Source: Azolla caroliniana
Taxonomy: Eukaryota > Plantae > Polypodiophyta
Direction: 5' to 3'
Length of the DNA stretch: 64,000 nt
Assembly: GCA_043228905.1 (NCBI GenBank)
Contig: JBHGNT010000001.1
Coordinates: 9,920,001-9,984,000 of the forward strand
Below, one piece after another: positions 38,770-51,172 of this stretch (within the stretch, counting starts at the first letter, position 1; the number at the start of each line of letters is the position of its first letter). The position numbers were made by a program, and so were the translations under genes. A model generated the notes under the pieces. The model saw only the letters and a program-made list of their open reading frames with translations, did no database searches and was not told the DNA's origin.

Positions 38770-41703
38770 CCATGCTGTGTATGCTGCGTACTCCCCGTCA
38801 AGCTCGACAATGCAGATGTTGTGAGACCAAGGTCCGATGCAAATTGCCCGAGGTTGTCGACGCCTAGAGCTTTCGTGAAAATATCAACAACCTGGAGGTG
38901 CATACTGATGTGTTGTAGGTTGATCTCTCCGGCCTATACACGCTCGCGGATGAAGTGGTAGTGGACCTCAATATGCTTAGTCCGCGTGTGGAATACGGGA
39001 TTCCGCGCTAGGTAGATACTGCTCATGTTGTCCCAGTATAGGTGAATCGGATCCTTGATGGGTACGCCCAGATCCTTTAGTACGCGTTTGAGCCAGACGG
39101 CTTCGCATGCAGCGACTGTTGCGCCCCTATATGCGGCTTCCGTGCTCGATAGTGCGACTGTCGGCTGCTTCTTACTACTCCAGGAGATCGCTCCGCTACA
39201 AAGAGAGAAGACAAATCCGGATGTGGATCGCCTGTCTGCTTTATATCCTGCCCAGTTCGTGTCTGTGTACCCTTCGAGTCGAATGATCGCATTTGTCTTG
39301 TACATAATGCCGTAGTCCATTGTCGTACTGACATAGTGAAGTATCCTCTTAGCGCAGTCCAAATGAAGATTTCACGGATTCTGCATAAACTGGCTAAGTA
39401 GGCCGACCGAATAACTGAGTCGGGTCGCGTAATGGTCAAATAGATCAAACTACCGATTAGTTGTTGATACTGAGTCGGCTCGCTCTCAGCGGTTCCGGAA
39501 TTGGCATCGATCTTGAGATTACGATCAAGAGGGGTAGAGACAAGCTTGTACTCGGTCATTCCGAACTTGTAGAGTAAGTTGAGAATGTAGTGCCGTTGAG
39601 AGATCATTATTCCGACTGGTGTTCGAATTACTTCAATACCTAGGAAGTAATGGAGCTCGTGTAAGTCTTTCATTTCGAATCTACCGGAAAGAAGTGATTT
39701 GAATTTCTTAATCTCGGCGAGATCCTTCCCTCTGATGACCAAGTCATCCACGTACAAGATGATGATGATCAGGCTATCTGACTCATTTCGGATGTACAGA
39801 GAGGTGTCAGATTTTGACATCCGAAATCCGACTTGGTGAAGATACTGCGTGATCTTCGAGTGCCAAGCATGCGGCACTTGTTTGAGGCCGTAGAGTGGCT
39901 TCTTGAGTTGACATACGCTGTGTAGATACTTAAGCGATTCGAATCCGGGTGGTTGTATCATGTACACCTCTTCTTCTAACTCTCCTCGGAGGAAAGCATT
40001 TTTCACATCCATTTGGTGGAGGTGCCATCCTTTCGCTGTGGCGAGTGCAATTACTGTCCGTACAGTTGTCATCTTTGCCACTGGGGCAAAGGTTTCTTCG
40101 TAATCTATGCCGTGCGTTTGCGCGTAGCCTTTCGCAACGAGCCGTGCTTTGAAGCGATTTACGGATCCATCAACATTGTATTTTACTTTGTATATCCATC
40201 TGCAGCCAATCGCTTTCTTGTTCGGGGGGAGAGGAACGAGATCCCATGTCTCGTTTTTGCATAAAGCTTCCATCTCCTCATTCATCCCGTTGACCCATTG
40301 CGGATCCTTTGCGGCTTCGGAAAGCGTTTCCGGTTCCCATACTAACGCTACTTTCATCATAAAAGCGTAGTAATACGCCATGTAGTCGTCGTAGCCGTAG
40401 CGGTTTACGTGGTTCTTTTCACGTGTGGATCGGCGTAGCTCTCGATCCATGGGGAGTATGGCTTTCTTCGCTCCATCTATGCGGACGTCGCGATCCTCGA
40501 ATTCACTATCAAGAGAATGAAGCATCTCGATCTCTTCTTGATCTTCATATTCCCACATTTTTGCCTTCCCTTTTTCCAGCTTCGGACTCAGCCGAGATGT
40601 GCTTTCATCGCTCGATGGCTCTGATGGCCCTCTCAGCCGTGTCGTAATTGGGCTATCTTCTAACATCTGTGTGAGCCGATCCTCAACTTCTATTTCTATT
40701 TCAGTGTCATCTGCGTCAAGCGGGGTTGGAGTTGAAGTATTCTCTAGTGCGTACCAGGAGGTGTATTCGTCGAAGACTACATCTCGACTTGTTCGAACCT
40801 TACAGATAGATGGGATGTAGCATTTTTACCCCTTCTGTTCGAGTGAGTATCCTATGAGGATACATTTCTTTGACTTTGGGTCAAGCTTTTGCCGCGTATC
40901 ATCGGGAATATGTACGTAGACAATAGAACCGAAAATGCGGACATCTGACAAGTACAACTTCTTTCCGAAGAACTTCTCATGCGGAGTTATATCGTGTCCT
41001 CCCGAGGTTGTGCACCTATTCATAAGATATACGGTCGTATTTGCCGCTTCTGCCCAATATGATTTCGACAGATTCTTCTCGTTCATCATGACGCGTGCTA
41101 CTTCTACTACATGGCGATTTTTACACTCTGCTACGCCGTTTTGCTGAGGCGTGTGTCGACACGAGAACTCTCGTCGGATTCCTTCTTTTTGGTGATATGC
41201 CATAAATTCATCCGAAAAATATTCTTTGGCTCCATCTGATCGAAGAAAACGTACATGCCAACCCATAGTTTTTTCGACTTTAGCCTTGAATGTTTGGAAG
41301 TGCCTGAACACTTCACTCTTTTGCTTCATTGGATAGAGCCAACTGTTCCTGGAGAAGTCGTCAATGAATATGACATAGTATCGGCATCCGCCGAATGTTG
41401 CTGTTTGGGCTGGTCCCCACACATCTGAATGCACGACATGCAGGATCCCTTTGCTCACATTCCGCTCGTTAGGGAATGGGTGACGGCGTTGCTTTCCGAA
41501 CTGACATGCTTCGCATACGCCTATAATCTCCTTTGCCATAAAGTTCGAGAGTCCGATTACGACTCCTTTCAATTGCATGTTTTGTAGTTTCTGGAGATTA
41601 ATGTGGCCGATTCTCTTGTGCCACAGTTTTAAGTCGGTTTCGACTTTCTGGCCCTTTGCGTACATCGATGGCTTTACCTCGCTCGATTCGAGGATGAACA
41701 TAC
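38770..41703 (-). pseudogene. Copia pol, 3' part: GAG-pre-integrase, integrase, RT, RNase H (frameshifts and stops)
   Basis: LWHKRIGH, CEACQFGKQ, VHSDVWGP, LRSDGAKEY, TPQQNGVAE; RFKARLVAKGY, QMDVKNAFL, LYVDDL; YTDTNWAG..DRRSTSG, HTRTKHIEVHYHFIRE. Confidence 0.93.
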
Positions 41704-42153
41704 TGTTACACGGCCGGCAAAGGAGCTAGAAGATGTCTAGACCAAGAGTGTGAAAAGGGGAATTGTTATTTAGGAATCTGTTGTAATTATTAGTCTTAAT
41801 ATATTAATATGTGGACGGACGAACCGAATCGGTATGCCGATCCGGATCCGGACCAATCCCGAATAGGTGCCGGTTGGCACCATTTTGTACTTTGCACCGG
41901 TGACCTATATAAAGGCCCGGTTACAATGTAGTCATCAACGGAGAGTAATATAAACCTTTTGTTTAATCATTAAGTATTGTTCACCGTTCTGTGCTTATTG
42001 TATATCTTACGCATGTTAATGACGTATTACTAAGTAACCGATTAAGGTCCAATTAAGCGTTGTGTCGTAAGTTATCTCGCCGTAACACCCTTTGGTGAAG
42101 TCTCTTAAGTGGACACCCTGTGTTAGGCTGTTGTCTTGACCTAAGGTTTAACA
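41704..42153 (+). repeat. Gypsy 5' LTR (450 bp) with TATA box cctatataaagg
   Basis: About 15 substitutions versus 50723-51172 by eye; same length. Confidence 0.95.
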
Positions 42154-42160
42154 CAGTTTT

Positions 42161-42171
42161 TGGCGACCACA
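42161..42171 (+). other. Gypsy primer-binding site, probably tRNA-Arg
   Basis: TGGCGACCACA, complementary to a tRNA 3' end ...UGUGGUCG-CCA, 7 nt after the 5' LTR. The tRNA identity is recalled, not searched. Confidence 0.65.
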
Positions 42172-42208
42172 ATTCCTACACAATCACAGTGAACAACGGC
42201 GGGAATGG

Positions 42209-45200
42209 ATGACTAGGCCAACGGACGACCCGATTACGGAGAGAGCAAGTCGACTTCCTGAACGACGAAGGCGGCGAGAGGCTTTCCACCAAGCGGTAGA
42301 AGAAATCCGATCGAATTGATCATTTTCCAAAGTTATCCGGAAAGTGGTGGAGGAGTCGCTCCGTTTGCAACAAAACGCCTACCCGGACGAAGGAAGCAGC
42401 TTAAGCAGTCTCCGGGAAGCGGAATCCCTTCTCCAGGCCTTGACCGGAGGAGCAGGCAAATCCGAAACATTTTCGGCGTTGGAATCGGATTCGGAAGGGG
42501 GTTACAACGCGCACACGAACTATCGCAGTAGTAACGACACGCCGGAAGGACCGGAGGACGAGGAGTCAGATACATTACCGACACCAGAACCAGAATTGTC
42601 AGACCGGGAACCTCCGGCACCAGACGTGGAGCAACCTCCAGAGACAGAAGAGGACAAAGAAAGATCTCCGACACCACAAGTCGAGCCAACAACACCGAAG
42701 GAGGACCAACAAAGACCTCCGACTCCGACAGAGGACCATCAACGACCTCTGACGCCGACGGAAGAGCAAGAAAGACCACCGACACCGCCAGCCCGCGTAC
42801 CGACACCGGACGATGACATGTCGTTCCAGTACCCCAAGTATAGGGATGACCCGAACGTGGAGGCTTATGTTCACGCTTTTCAACAAACATGGGAGGCGAA
42901 CCATGTGTCACAACGGTTAACCGCAGCCGAAGAGGAACGATCTAAGATAGCCGAATTCGGCGTAACATTGAAAGGATCGGCCGCCAGATGGCACCAGACG
43001 CAAGACCCCAACACAATCACCACCTTTGCGGACTTGAAAGCTAAATTCTTGCACTTCTTTCAGAAGGAGGTGGACTAGAGAGAAATGGGGGACCTATTTT
43101 ATACCATCCGGCAGGACCCTGGGGAGAGCATTCCGCAGTTTGTCATCCGGTTTCAACGAATGTATAGTCAGCTTACCCGAGCACCTCCGGAGGAAGAAAC
43201 ACGGGCTATATTCTTAGCCGCGCTCCAAGAACCTCTACGTACGGTATGCACGGTCATCGATTTTCGCACAAGTACCGTCGACCAGGTCATCGACCGGGTT
43301 AGAGAAATGGAGAAAAGAAGCTCTTGGCTAACAATGGGAGCACTCCAACGAGCGTTACCAACCGATGAGGATCTTCAGTTTTGACAGGCCATTCAATGCA
43401 CAACATGCCTAAATGCCGGACACTCAACACTAGAATGTACCATGCGGTCACAATGTCTACTGTGCCATTCCAGGAACCGCACAATGGAGCAGTGCGAGTA
43501 CAATTTGTTGAATCGCCAAGCACCACCGGTTCGGCAAATCGAACCACGGAGTACCAAGGAGGAGGAAGAAGAACGTTGGAGGCGAGAAGAGCGATGCCGA
43601 CCGTCATAGGATGTCCGGTACAGGGACAACCCTGACCGGTATGAGAGATATGATCGGTACCGGAATTATAATGGACAGTATGAAAGATACAATTGGGACC
43701 AATCCCCCGGTTACAACCAACGATTGGAAGCCTATGACAGACATGATGACCAGCCCCGTCAAGAGTATCAGAACAAAAAGAAACGTTATTTCAAGAAAAG
43801 GGGTCACCTACGGGAACCGGAGAAGGGCGCCTCAAGCAGCTAACCGGATCAAAGCCCCGCCGTTACTGCAGGTCCTCCACCGGGAGCAGGAAACAACGCG
43901 GAATCCAACACCTCCCGGAAAGCATATTGCTACTATTGCCGACAAGAAGGACATTATAGTAATCAATGCCCGGCAAAGAGCGATGATAAACGACCGACGG
44001 TAAACATGGTAGTCGCCGAAGTCGCAGACCTGCAGCAGGTAACCACAAGATCGAAGGGTAAGGGTTTAGGGGTAATGTGATTAGACTCCGAACATGCAAA
44101 ACCTTGGGAATCCAAGAGTAGGAACCATGCCCGTTCTGGCTGCGGATGGCGGATACAAGCTCAGTGCGACCAACCGGCTTGATACGAGATCTGGATGTAA
44201 CGATCGACGGCCACACATTTCGCATCTTGGCAGTAGTGCTACAACTACATGCACAAGGAGCTTACCCACTATTGTTGGGGCGGCCGTGGTTGAAAGCGGG
44301 GCACATTAAACAAAATTGGAGGAAGAATATAATCACCTTCCGGCGGGGAAAAGCAAAAGTACGGGTACCGACACAACCACGGACGGAAGGAATTGACACC
44401 CCTATATGCCGAATGCGTCAATATGCTGGACGGATTAGCAGACAAAGAGGTAGATCAATACTTGCAGGATAATCCGAAGATCATACCTCTGTTCGAAATC
44501 CGGGAGCTATGGCAAGCACAGGGGGCGCTGGAAAGAGAAATGGTCGTATCGCAACGGGTTCAAGCATCCCAACTAGAGGAGGTAAATCTAGGAACTACTG
44601 AAGAGGCAAGAGCGGTGCACATCGCCAAGAAAATGACGGCGGAGAACAAAACGGCAATGATTACACTTCTCAAAGAATTTCGGGACGTGTTTGCCTGGTC
44701 CTACGAGGATATGCGAGGGCTCGATCCTCAGCTATATCAGCATCAGATACATTTGAGCAAAGACGCCAAACCGATAGCACAACGACGGTACCGGATAAAT
44801 CCAAATTACACCGCCAAAGTCAAGGAGGAAATCGACAAGTTGCTGAGGGTTGGCTTTATCCGCCCAGTAAAGAAATCTACATGGCTAAGCCCGATAGTAG
44901 TCGTACCAAAGAAAAATGGCAAAATTAGAGTTTGTGTCGACTACCGTAAGCTTAACGCGGCGACGGTAACAGAGGCATTCCCACTCCCATTCACGGATGG
45001 AGTTTTGGACTCAGTCGCCGGCCATGAGGTATACAGTTTCTTAGACGGATTCAGCAGATACAACCAAATCCGGATGCACCCCGATGACCAGGAGAAAACG
45101 GCTTTCGTCACCGAATGGGGAGTGTTTGTTGCCTTAGTAATGATGTTCGGACTAAAAACCACGCCGACAACGTTCCAGAGGATCATCATGGAAATATTCG

Positions 45201-47597
45201 GAGAATTCATACCGGCATTCATGCAAGTGTTTCTGGATGACTTCACCGTCTATAGTTGGGAAGAAGATCACTTTTAGCACCTCTGATTGTGTCTAAAGAA
45301 ATGTCGGGCTTACCGGCTAAGCTTGAATCCGGCAAAGTGTGTATTTGGAGTGTCAAACGGGGCGCTATTAGGACACATTCTGAGCAAGGAAGGAATTGTC
45401 GTAGACCCGGACAAAGTAAAAGCAATCTTGGAGGCACCGGCACCAACAACGGCCAAAGCATTAAGCCGTTTCTTAGGCCAAATCCGGTGGCATAGCCGAA
45501 TGCTCCGGTATCTGGCGGACCTAGCTACACCGCTGCATGTTGCGGTACACCGAACACCGTTCCAATGGGCCGACACCGAAGACAAGGCGTACCGGGCATT
45601 CAAAGTATTATTGTCGCAAGCGCCGGTAGTGCAACCCCCGGATTGGGCTAAGGAGTTTCATGTGTTCGTGGATGCGTCCGACATTGCAATTGAAAGTGCG
45701 CTGATGCAACTTACGGAGCCAATGTGGTACTGGCCTGTATATTACGCAAGCCAAAAGTTATCCCAAGCCGAACGAAATTATTCCACCACGGAAAAGGGAA
45801 GCTTTGGGCATGATCTACAACATGACAAAATTCAGACATTATTTGTTGGGAGAGAAATTTTCCATCCACGTAGATCATTCGGCACTCCTCTATTTAGTTT
45901 CCAAAGCGTCACTAACCGGTAAGTTGGCACGGTGGACGTTATTGTTGCAGGAATTTGAGTTCGAAATATTCCACCGACCCAACATACATCACGCAGTAGT
46001 AGACTATTTGAGCTGGTTAGATTCCGGCGAGACTGGTGACGGAGTCTCGGACGAGTTTCCGGATGCTAAGCTATTTCGAGTCACCGCGGAAACGGCAATA
46101 GATGAAACGGTGGCACAAGAAGATAAGTGGCTAACGAATATGCAACAATTTCTGAGCACCGGATTGCCTCCAGAGGAGATGACCCGGGACGACAGGAAAC
46201 GCCTGGCGGTACAAAGTCGGCACTTCTGTTTAGTACAGGACATGTTATAGCACAAAGGTGCGGACGGTATATGGCGATGGGCGGTGCGCAACAACGAGAA
46301 GGATACAATACTACGAGAAGCACACTGCGGAGTTGTCGGAGGCCATTACGTCGGAGATGCTACGGCAAGGAAGATATGGCAAAGTGGCCTATGGTGGTCG
46401 ACAACATTGAAAGACGTGGTTTGGTACGCTAAAGAATGCGATCTATGTCAGCGAATGGGCCAGCCAACCGAACAAGCTAGGATGCCGCACCAGCCGGTAC
46501 TGCCGTTAGAACCATTTCAGAAATGGGGGCTGGATTTTGTGGGTCCATTCAAACCACCGGCAATGAGAACCGGCAACTGGTATGTGATCGTAGCTACGGA
46601 TTACTGCACGAAATGGGTAGAAGCCAAAGTCTTGCGCGACAACACTGCGGCGTCGACGACGAAATTCTTGTATGAATACATCTGGTGCAGGTATGGATGC
46701 CCGATCGAGCTAATAAGTGACCAAGGAGGGCACTTCCTCGGCCAAGTGGTGGAAAGCTTGACGTCGTTCTATGTCGTGGTGCATAAACGGAGCACGCCAT
46801 ACTATCCGCAAGCAAACGGGTTAGCCGAGTTGACGAATAAAATGCTACAGAATATCCTTTGGAAAATCATCAACGAAAACCGGACAGACTGGGATACGAA
46901 ATTGCACAGCGCCCTATGGGCTTACCGGACAGCTTACAAAACAAGCATCCAAACCACACCGTTCCGGCTAGCATTCGGATTGGAGGCCGTCATGCCGGTA
47001 GAGTTCCAGGTTCCGAGCTTACGGATTCAGATTAGGGAACGGTTAAACGAGAAGGAATCGGAGGCAATTTGGTTAGCAGCTCTGTGTGAACTAGAAGAAC
47101 ACCAACTAGCAAGTATCGTGCACCTGGAAATGGAGCAGCGGCGAAGAAAGGCGTTTGTGGATCGCCACCGAAAAGGAAATGAAAAGATGTTTGGAATCGG
47201 CAAGCCGGTACTAGTGTTCCAGACCCGGATGGGAAAGATGCCGCGGAAACTACGGTTTCGGTGGACCGGACCGTACTGGATCACACGCGAGTTCAATGGA
47301 TCCTACCAGTTAGGGACACTTGCCGGCGAGGTCCTGGCTAAGTGGGTCAACGGATTTCGACTAAAGCCATACAAGGGACCCATGACGAGGAACCCATTTG
47401 AACAAGGAAAGGTCGATGCGGAACCAGATACCAGCATATCGGAAACAACGGCAACCCAATTAGCAATCGGCAACAACGAAGCCGGTAAGGGGGACAAAGA
47501 GCCGGCACACGGGTTGGATAAGAGGATGGCAAATCGTCACGAGGTCGGCAAGATTCCTCATTCGGGTAAGGGTCCGTTAGGACCGGAGACGAATTAA
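42209..47597 (+). pseudogene. Gypsy gag-pol (gag with CCHC knuckle, partial protease, RT, RNase H, integrase); multiple stops and frameshifts
   Basis: Gag LKGSAARWH...FADLKAKFL, knuckle CYYCRQEGHYSNQCP; RT WLSPIVVVPKKNGKIRVCVDYRKLN, FLDGFSRYNQI, VFLDDF; RH FVDAS, AERNYSTTE; IN AHCG..GGH..CDLCQ, WGLDFVGP, ISDQG, YYPQANGLAE, WTGPY. Confidence 0.92.
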
Positions 47598-47609
47598 CCT
47601 AACAATTGA

Positions 47610-47710
47610 TATAAAAATAAAAATAAAAATAAAAATAAAAAAAAATAAAAAAATAAAAGTAAAAAAAAATAAAAATAAAAATAAAAAAAATCAAATCAAA
47701 TCAAAGAAAT
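47610..47710 (+). repeat. A-rich (AAAAAT)n spacer between gypsy pol and the extra ORF
   Basis: aaaataaaaataaaaat... tract of about 100 bp. Confidence 0.85.
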
Positions 47711-47783
47711 CATTCAAAGGAGTGGTGGGAACGGCCATGCAAACGAGGAGTAAAGAGGCACTTCGAAAAGGTACGAGGGGGCT

Positions 47784-50492
47784 ATGAATAGGGCATTAAA
47801 CCACCGCCACATGTCACATAATGCTATTATAGTACACGACCTGCACATGCAGAGGCTCGAAAAAGGCGCCAAGATGCAGAGAGAAAACCCCCCACGCATC
47901 GAGACCTTCTTCTTCCGCAAGCCAAGGAGCACAAACGCACACATGCGTTGAACGATCATCAAAAGAGAGCCAACACACATAAAGCTTCCTCACACAGAGC
48001 CTCCTCACACAGAGCTTCCTCATACAAAGCCCTCACCAACGTTGTCCGACCTCGACGCAGACATGGACTGCTAGACTCTCTCAGAGGCCGCCAAGAAATG
48101 GCTATGACAACATGGATTGGAGGGGTTCCTCACAATCATGGACACACCACCACACAAAGAAGCCGACAAGATCATCAAAGAAATGGACACCGAGCTGATC
48201 ACGGAGAAAGCGATCCATGCACTAACAGGCCTTCCAAAGGGGGGCATCTATACTATTGACAACCCTACCTCCGAATAGCTCATCAAATACTTCGGCAAGT
48301 ATTCTCTAGCCACCAAGGGCTACAAGACATAGGGCGGAGAAGATATGTTATTCCGAGAAATTGCCCGTGTACTCCATGAATTCGGCCACGTATACCCTCG
48401 ACCCCCTGTTATGCCTCAGAACTTAGCAGGCTTGATCATCGCAACATACAAAGGGGTCAAGGTGGATTGGCCAGTGCTGATCGCCGACGGATTGTGTGCG
48501 GCTATTGAAACTGTAAGAGGTAAGGAAGCCAAAGAAGGCCGGAAAATATGGCATGTGGTGGCTCAGTGGCTCACCCTATTGGCGCCACCTGTCGAGCCCA
48601 TCCAGACCAAGAAACGGGGAAGAGTAACGGACGGCACCCCGAAAGCTGCTTCAAAGCGACAGCAGTTATTGGCCACCAAGACCACTAAGGGGAAGACAGC
48701 CGACACGGAGCAGGCGGCGAAGGAGCGCGCCATCCGGAAGCAGCCGACGGACAAGCAGGAGGAGAAACCGGCACAGCCCCTGAAGAGCACACTCCGCCGA
48801 CCGGTGCAGCAAGTAACGAACACCTTGGCGGTAAGAATGAATGCCGAGACTCAGGAGGAGGAAACGGAGGAAGAACCTACGGAGCACCTCCAGCGGCGGC
48901 CAAAGACGAGAACTGCAGAATCAGCTGGGAAGCGTTCGGACCCACAAAAGGATGGAACGCCTTTACCCCACACTGAGAATCCCACGCCAAGGGAGGAACC
49001 AGAACCGGTTCGGAAGGAACCAGTCTCAGAAGCCCCTACACAACAGGCAATATCGACGGGTCAGGAAATGGCAAGCCGCGAAACGCCAGCGCCGGTAAGG
49101 CATGTGCCACCTTCCTCAGCCGGCCAAGAACAAGCAGAACAAGAGCGGGCAGCCGAAACACAACCGGAACCCGAACGGCCAAGTGGTCAGCAGGCAGAGC
49201 CAGAAGTGCAGCTCGACGCAGTTAGGCGGGACCGGCCACTGGCAAGTGAACGCATCAGCCAACCCTCCGTGCAGACGCAACAACAGGGTACTGGCAGCTA
49301 ATGGCTCTGGTGGATAGGAGAGCAGGTTGCCGGAGTGATACTGTATGTAGAGGCTGAAGAACGAGCGCAGATGGAACGGTTGCTAGTCACAACCGATGAA
49401 CTAGAGACGACCCGGTCAAGGATCCGGTGCCTTGAACAAGACTTGGATCGGGTCATAGAAGACATGGCCAAAATGTCCTTAACCGCAACATAGATCCAAG
49501 CCCCGGTGACTCTGGTGGATGTACAAAATAAAGAAACAACCATGCTTGTACATACAAGACCCCGGAGACAGAAACCGTCCTGGAGAAAGATGCGGCGCAA
49601 GCCCAAGAGCTTTCCGAATTAAGGGACGAACTTGCCGCATAAGAAGCACTATGGAGCCGCGAACGAGAGTTGAAGAAAGCGGCAGAAGAGGAGTTAAAGA
49701 AGACTGTTGAAAACCTCCGCCGGGCAGAAGAAAATCTGCGGAAAGGGCATCAAGCTTACAACCGGCTAAAGGAGGAAAAAGAAAAATTGTTGTAGGAGAA
49801 GGACAAGCTACGACAGATGATGGAAACGGAAATCGAAAGACTGAAAGAAGAACTCCATCAACAAAAGGATCGAGAAGACTGCGCTCGCCAGCAAATCAAC
49901 CAGAGGCTGAAGCAGAAGACAGAGGACTTCGACCACCTGCACCGGAACTTTAAGAGCTTGGACATGGAGCATAAGCAACATCAGGAAAAGAATGGCCGAG
50001 CTCCGCCAGGAAGTTGATAGGGCCACGACGGCACTCACCGACGAACGGGCTGAGAATACAAAGCTATTGGAGGAAGTGGCGAGGGACCGGATGGAGCTCC
50101 ACAAGCAGCACCATGAAGAAAAGGAGAGGGCGACAATGGTGTTACAGAGGTTGCAAACAACCTATCAAAGTCAATTGTCGAATTATAGGGAGCAGGAGGC
50201 GGACACGGTCAGAATCATCAAGCAATTGAAAGAGGAGCGACAAGCCGTAGAGAACAAATCACAGATGGGAATGGAAGATTTCCCCGCCATAAAGGATGAG
50301 CTGGCAGAAGATTTCACGGCTCTGGCAGATGAGCAATTGGTGCAGGTCCAACAACTCATAGCTCAACTGGACAAAGATCGGATGGATGCTCAAATCCAGT
50401 TTGAGAGCTATGAGCGGTCCCGGCTTAGGGAAGAAAAAGAAGGGCAGGCGGCAATGGTCAACCTCAATGATGAGGAACCATCGCCAGCATAA
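47784..50492 (+). pseudogene. Extra sense ORF of the gypsy element (~900 codons): helical N-domain, K/R-rich segment, P/E/Q linker, long coiled coil
   Basis: ATG 47784 is in frame with ORFs 48345 and 49992; broken by TAG/TGA/TAA codons and a compensated frameshift (49817 ORF). Motifs ITEKAIHALTGLPKGG and YKGVKVDWPVLIADGL; E/K/Q/R heptads from ~49340. Confidence 0.75.
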
Positions 50493-50722
50493 GGAAAAGT
50501 CAAACAGAAACAACTCCGACGGAGGAAACAACGAAGGAAACGTCGGTGCCAGAGCAACAATCGGAGTCACAGCCAGAGTCGGAGTAGCGACAACAACAAC
50601 AACAGATTCCCGTCGAGCCATTGGAAACTCTGGAGCAAAGAATTCTAGACATTTTGGACGAAGAGTAACAGGGCTGGATAGTGGATTCGACGTACAAGGT
50701 ACTGTCCCACGGGCGTGCCATG

Positions 50723-51172
50723 TGTTACCCGGCCGACAAAGGAGCTAGAAGATGTCCAGACCAAGAGTGTGAAAAGGGGAATTGTTATTTAGGAATCTGT
50801 TGTAATTATTAGTCTTAATATATTAATATGTGGACGGACGAACCGAATCGGTATGCCGATCTGGATCCGGACCGATCCCGAATAGGTGCCGGTTGGCACC
50901 GTTTTGTACTTCGCACCGGTGACCTATATAAAGGCCCGGTTACAATGTAGTCATCAACGGAGAGTAATATAAACCTTTTGTTTAATCATTAAGTATTGTT
51001 CACCGTTCTGTGCTTATTGTATATCTTACGCGTGTTAATGACATATTACTAAGTAACCGATTAAGGTCCAATTAAGCGTTGTGTCGTAAGTTATCTCGCC
51101 ATAACACCCTTTGGTGAAGTGTCTTAAGTGGACACCCTGTGTTAGGCTGTTGTCCGGCCCTAAGGATTAACA
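50723..51172 (+). repeat. Gypsy 3' LTR (450 bp)
   Basis: tgttacccggcc...taaggattaaca followed by TSD CATAC. Confidence 0.95.

Larger units (their letters stand above)
41704..51172 (+). mobile_element. Ty3/gypsy non-chromovirus (Athila-like) LTR retrotransposon nested in the copia pol gene
   Basis: 450-bp TG...CA LTRs at 41704-42153 and 50723-51172; TSD CATAC at 41699-41703 and 51173-51177; PBS TGGCGACCACA at 42161; order gag-PR-RT-RH-IN plus extra 3' ORF; no chromodomain or additional RNase H seen. Confidence 0.96.

Noticed and set aside
44055-44075. Telomere-like agggtttagggg in the gypsy
   Set aside because: Only about one unit, and better read as mutated codons of the protease GSGV motif.
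47784-50492. Calling the extra gypsy ORF an envelope gene (endogenous retrovirus)
   Set aside because: No evident signal peptide or transmembrane helix; the sequence is dominated by charged coiled coil.
42333-50721. Numerous antisense and overlapping ORFs within the LTR elements
   Set aside because: Expected shadows of GC-richer coding frames; no motifs of their own.
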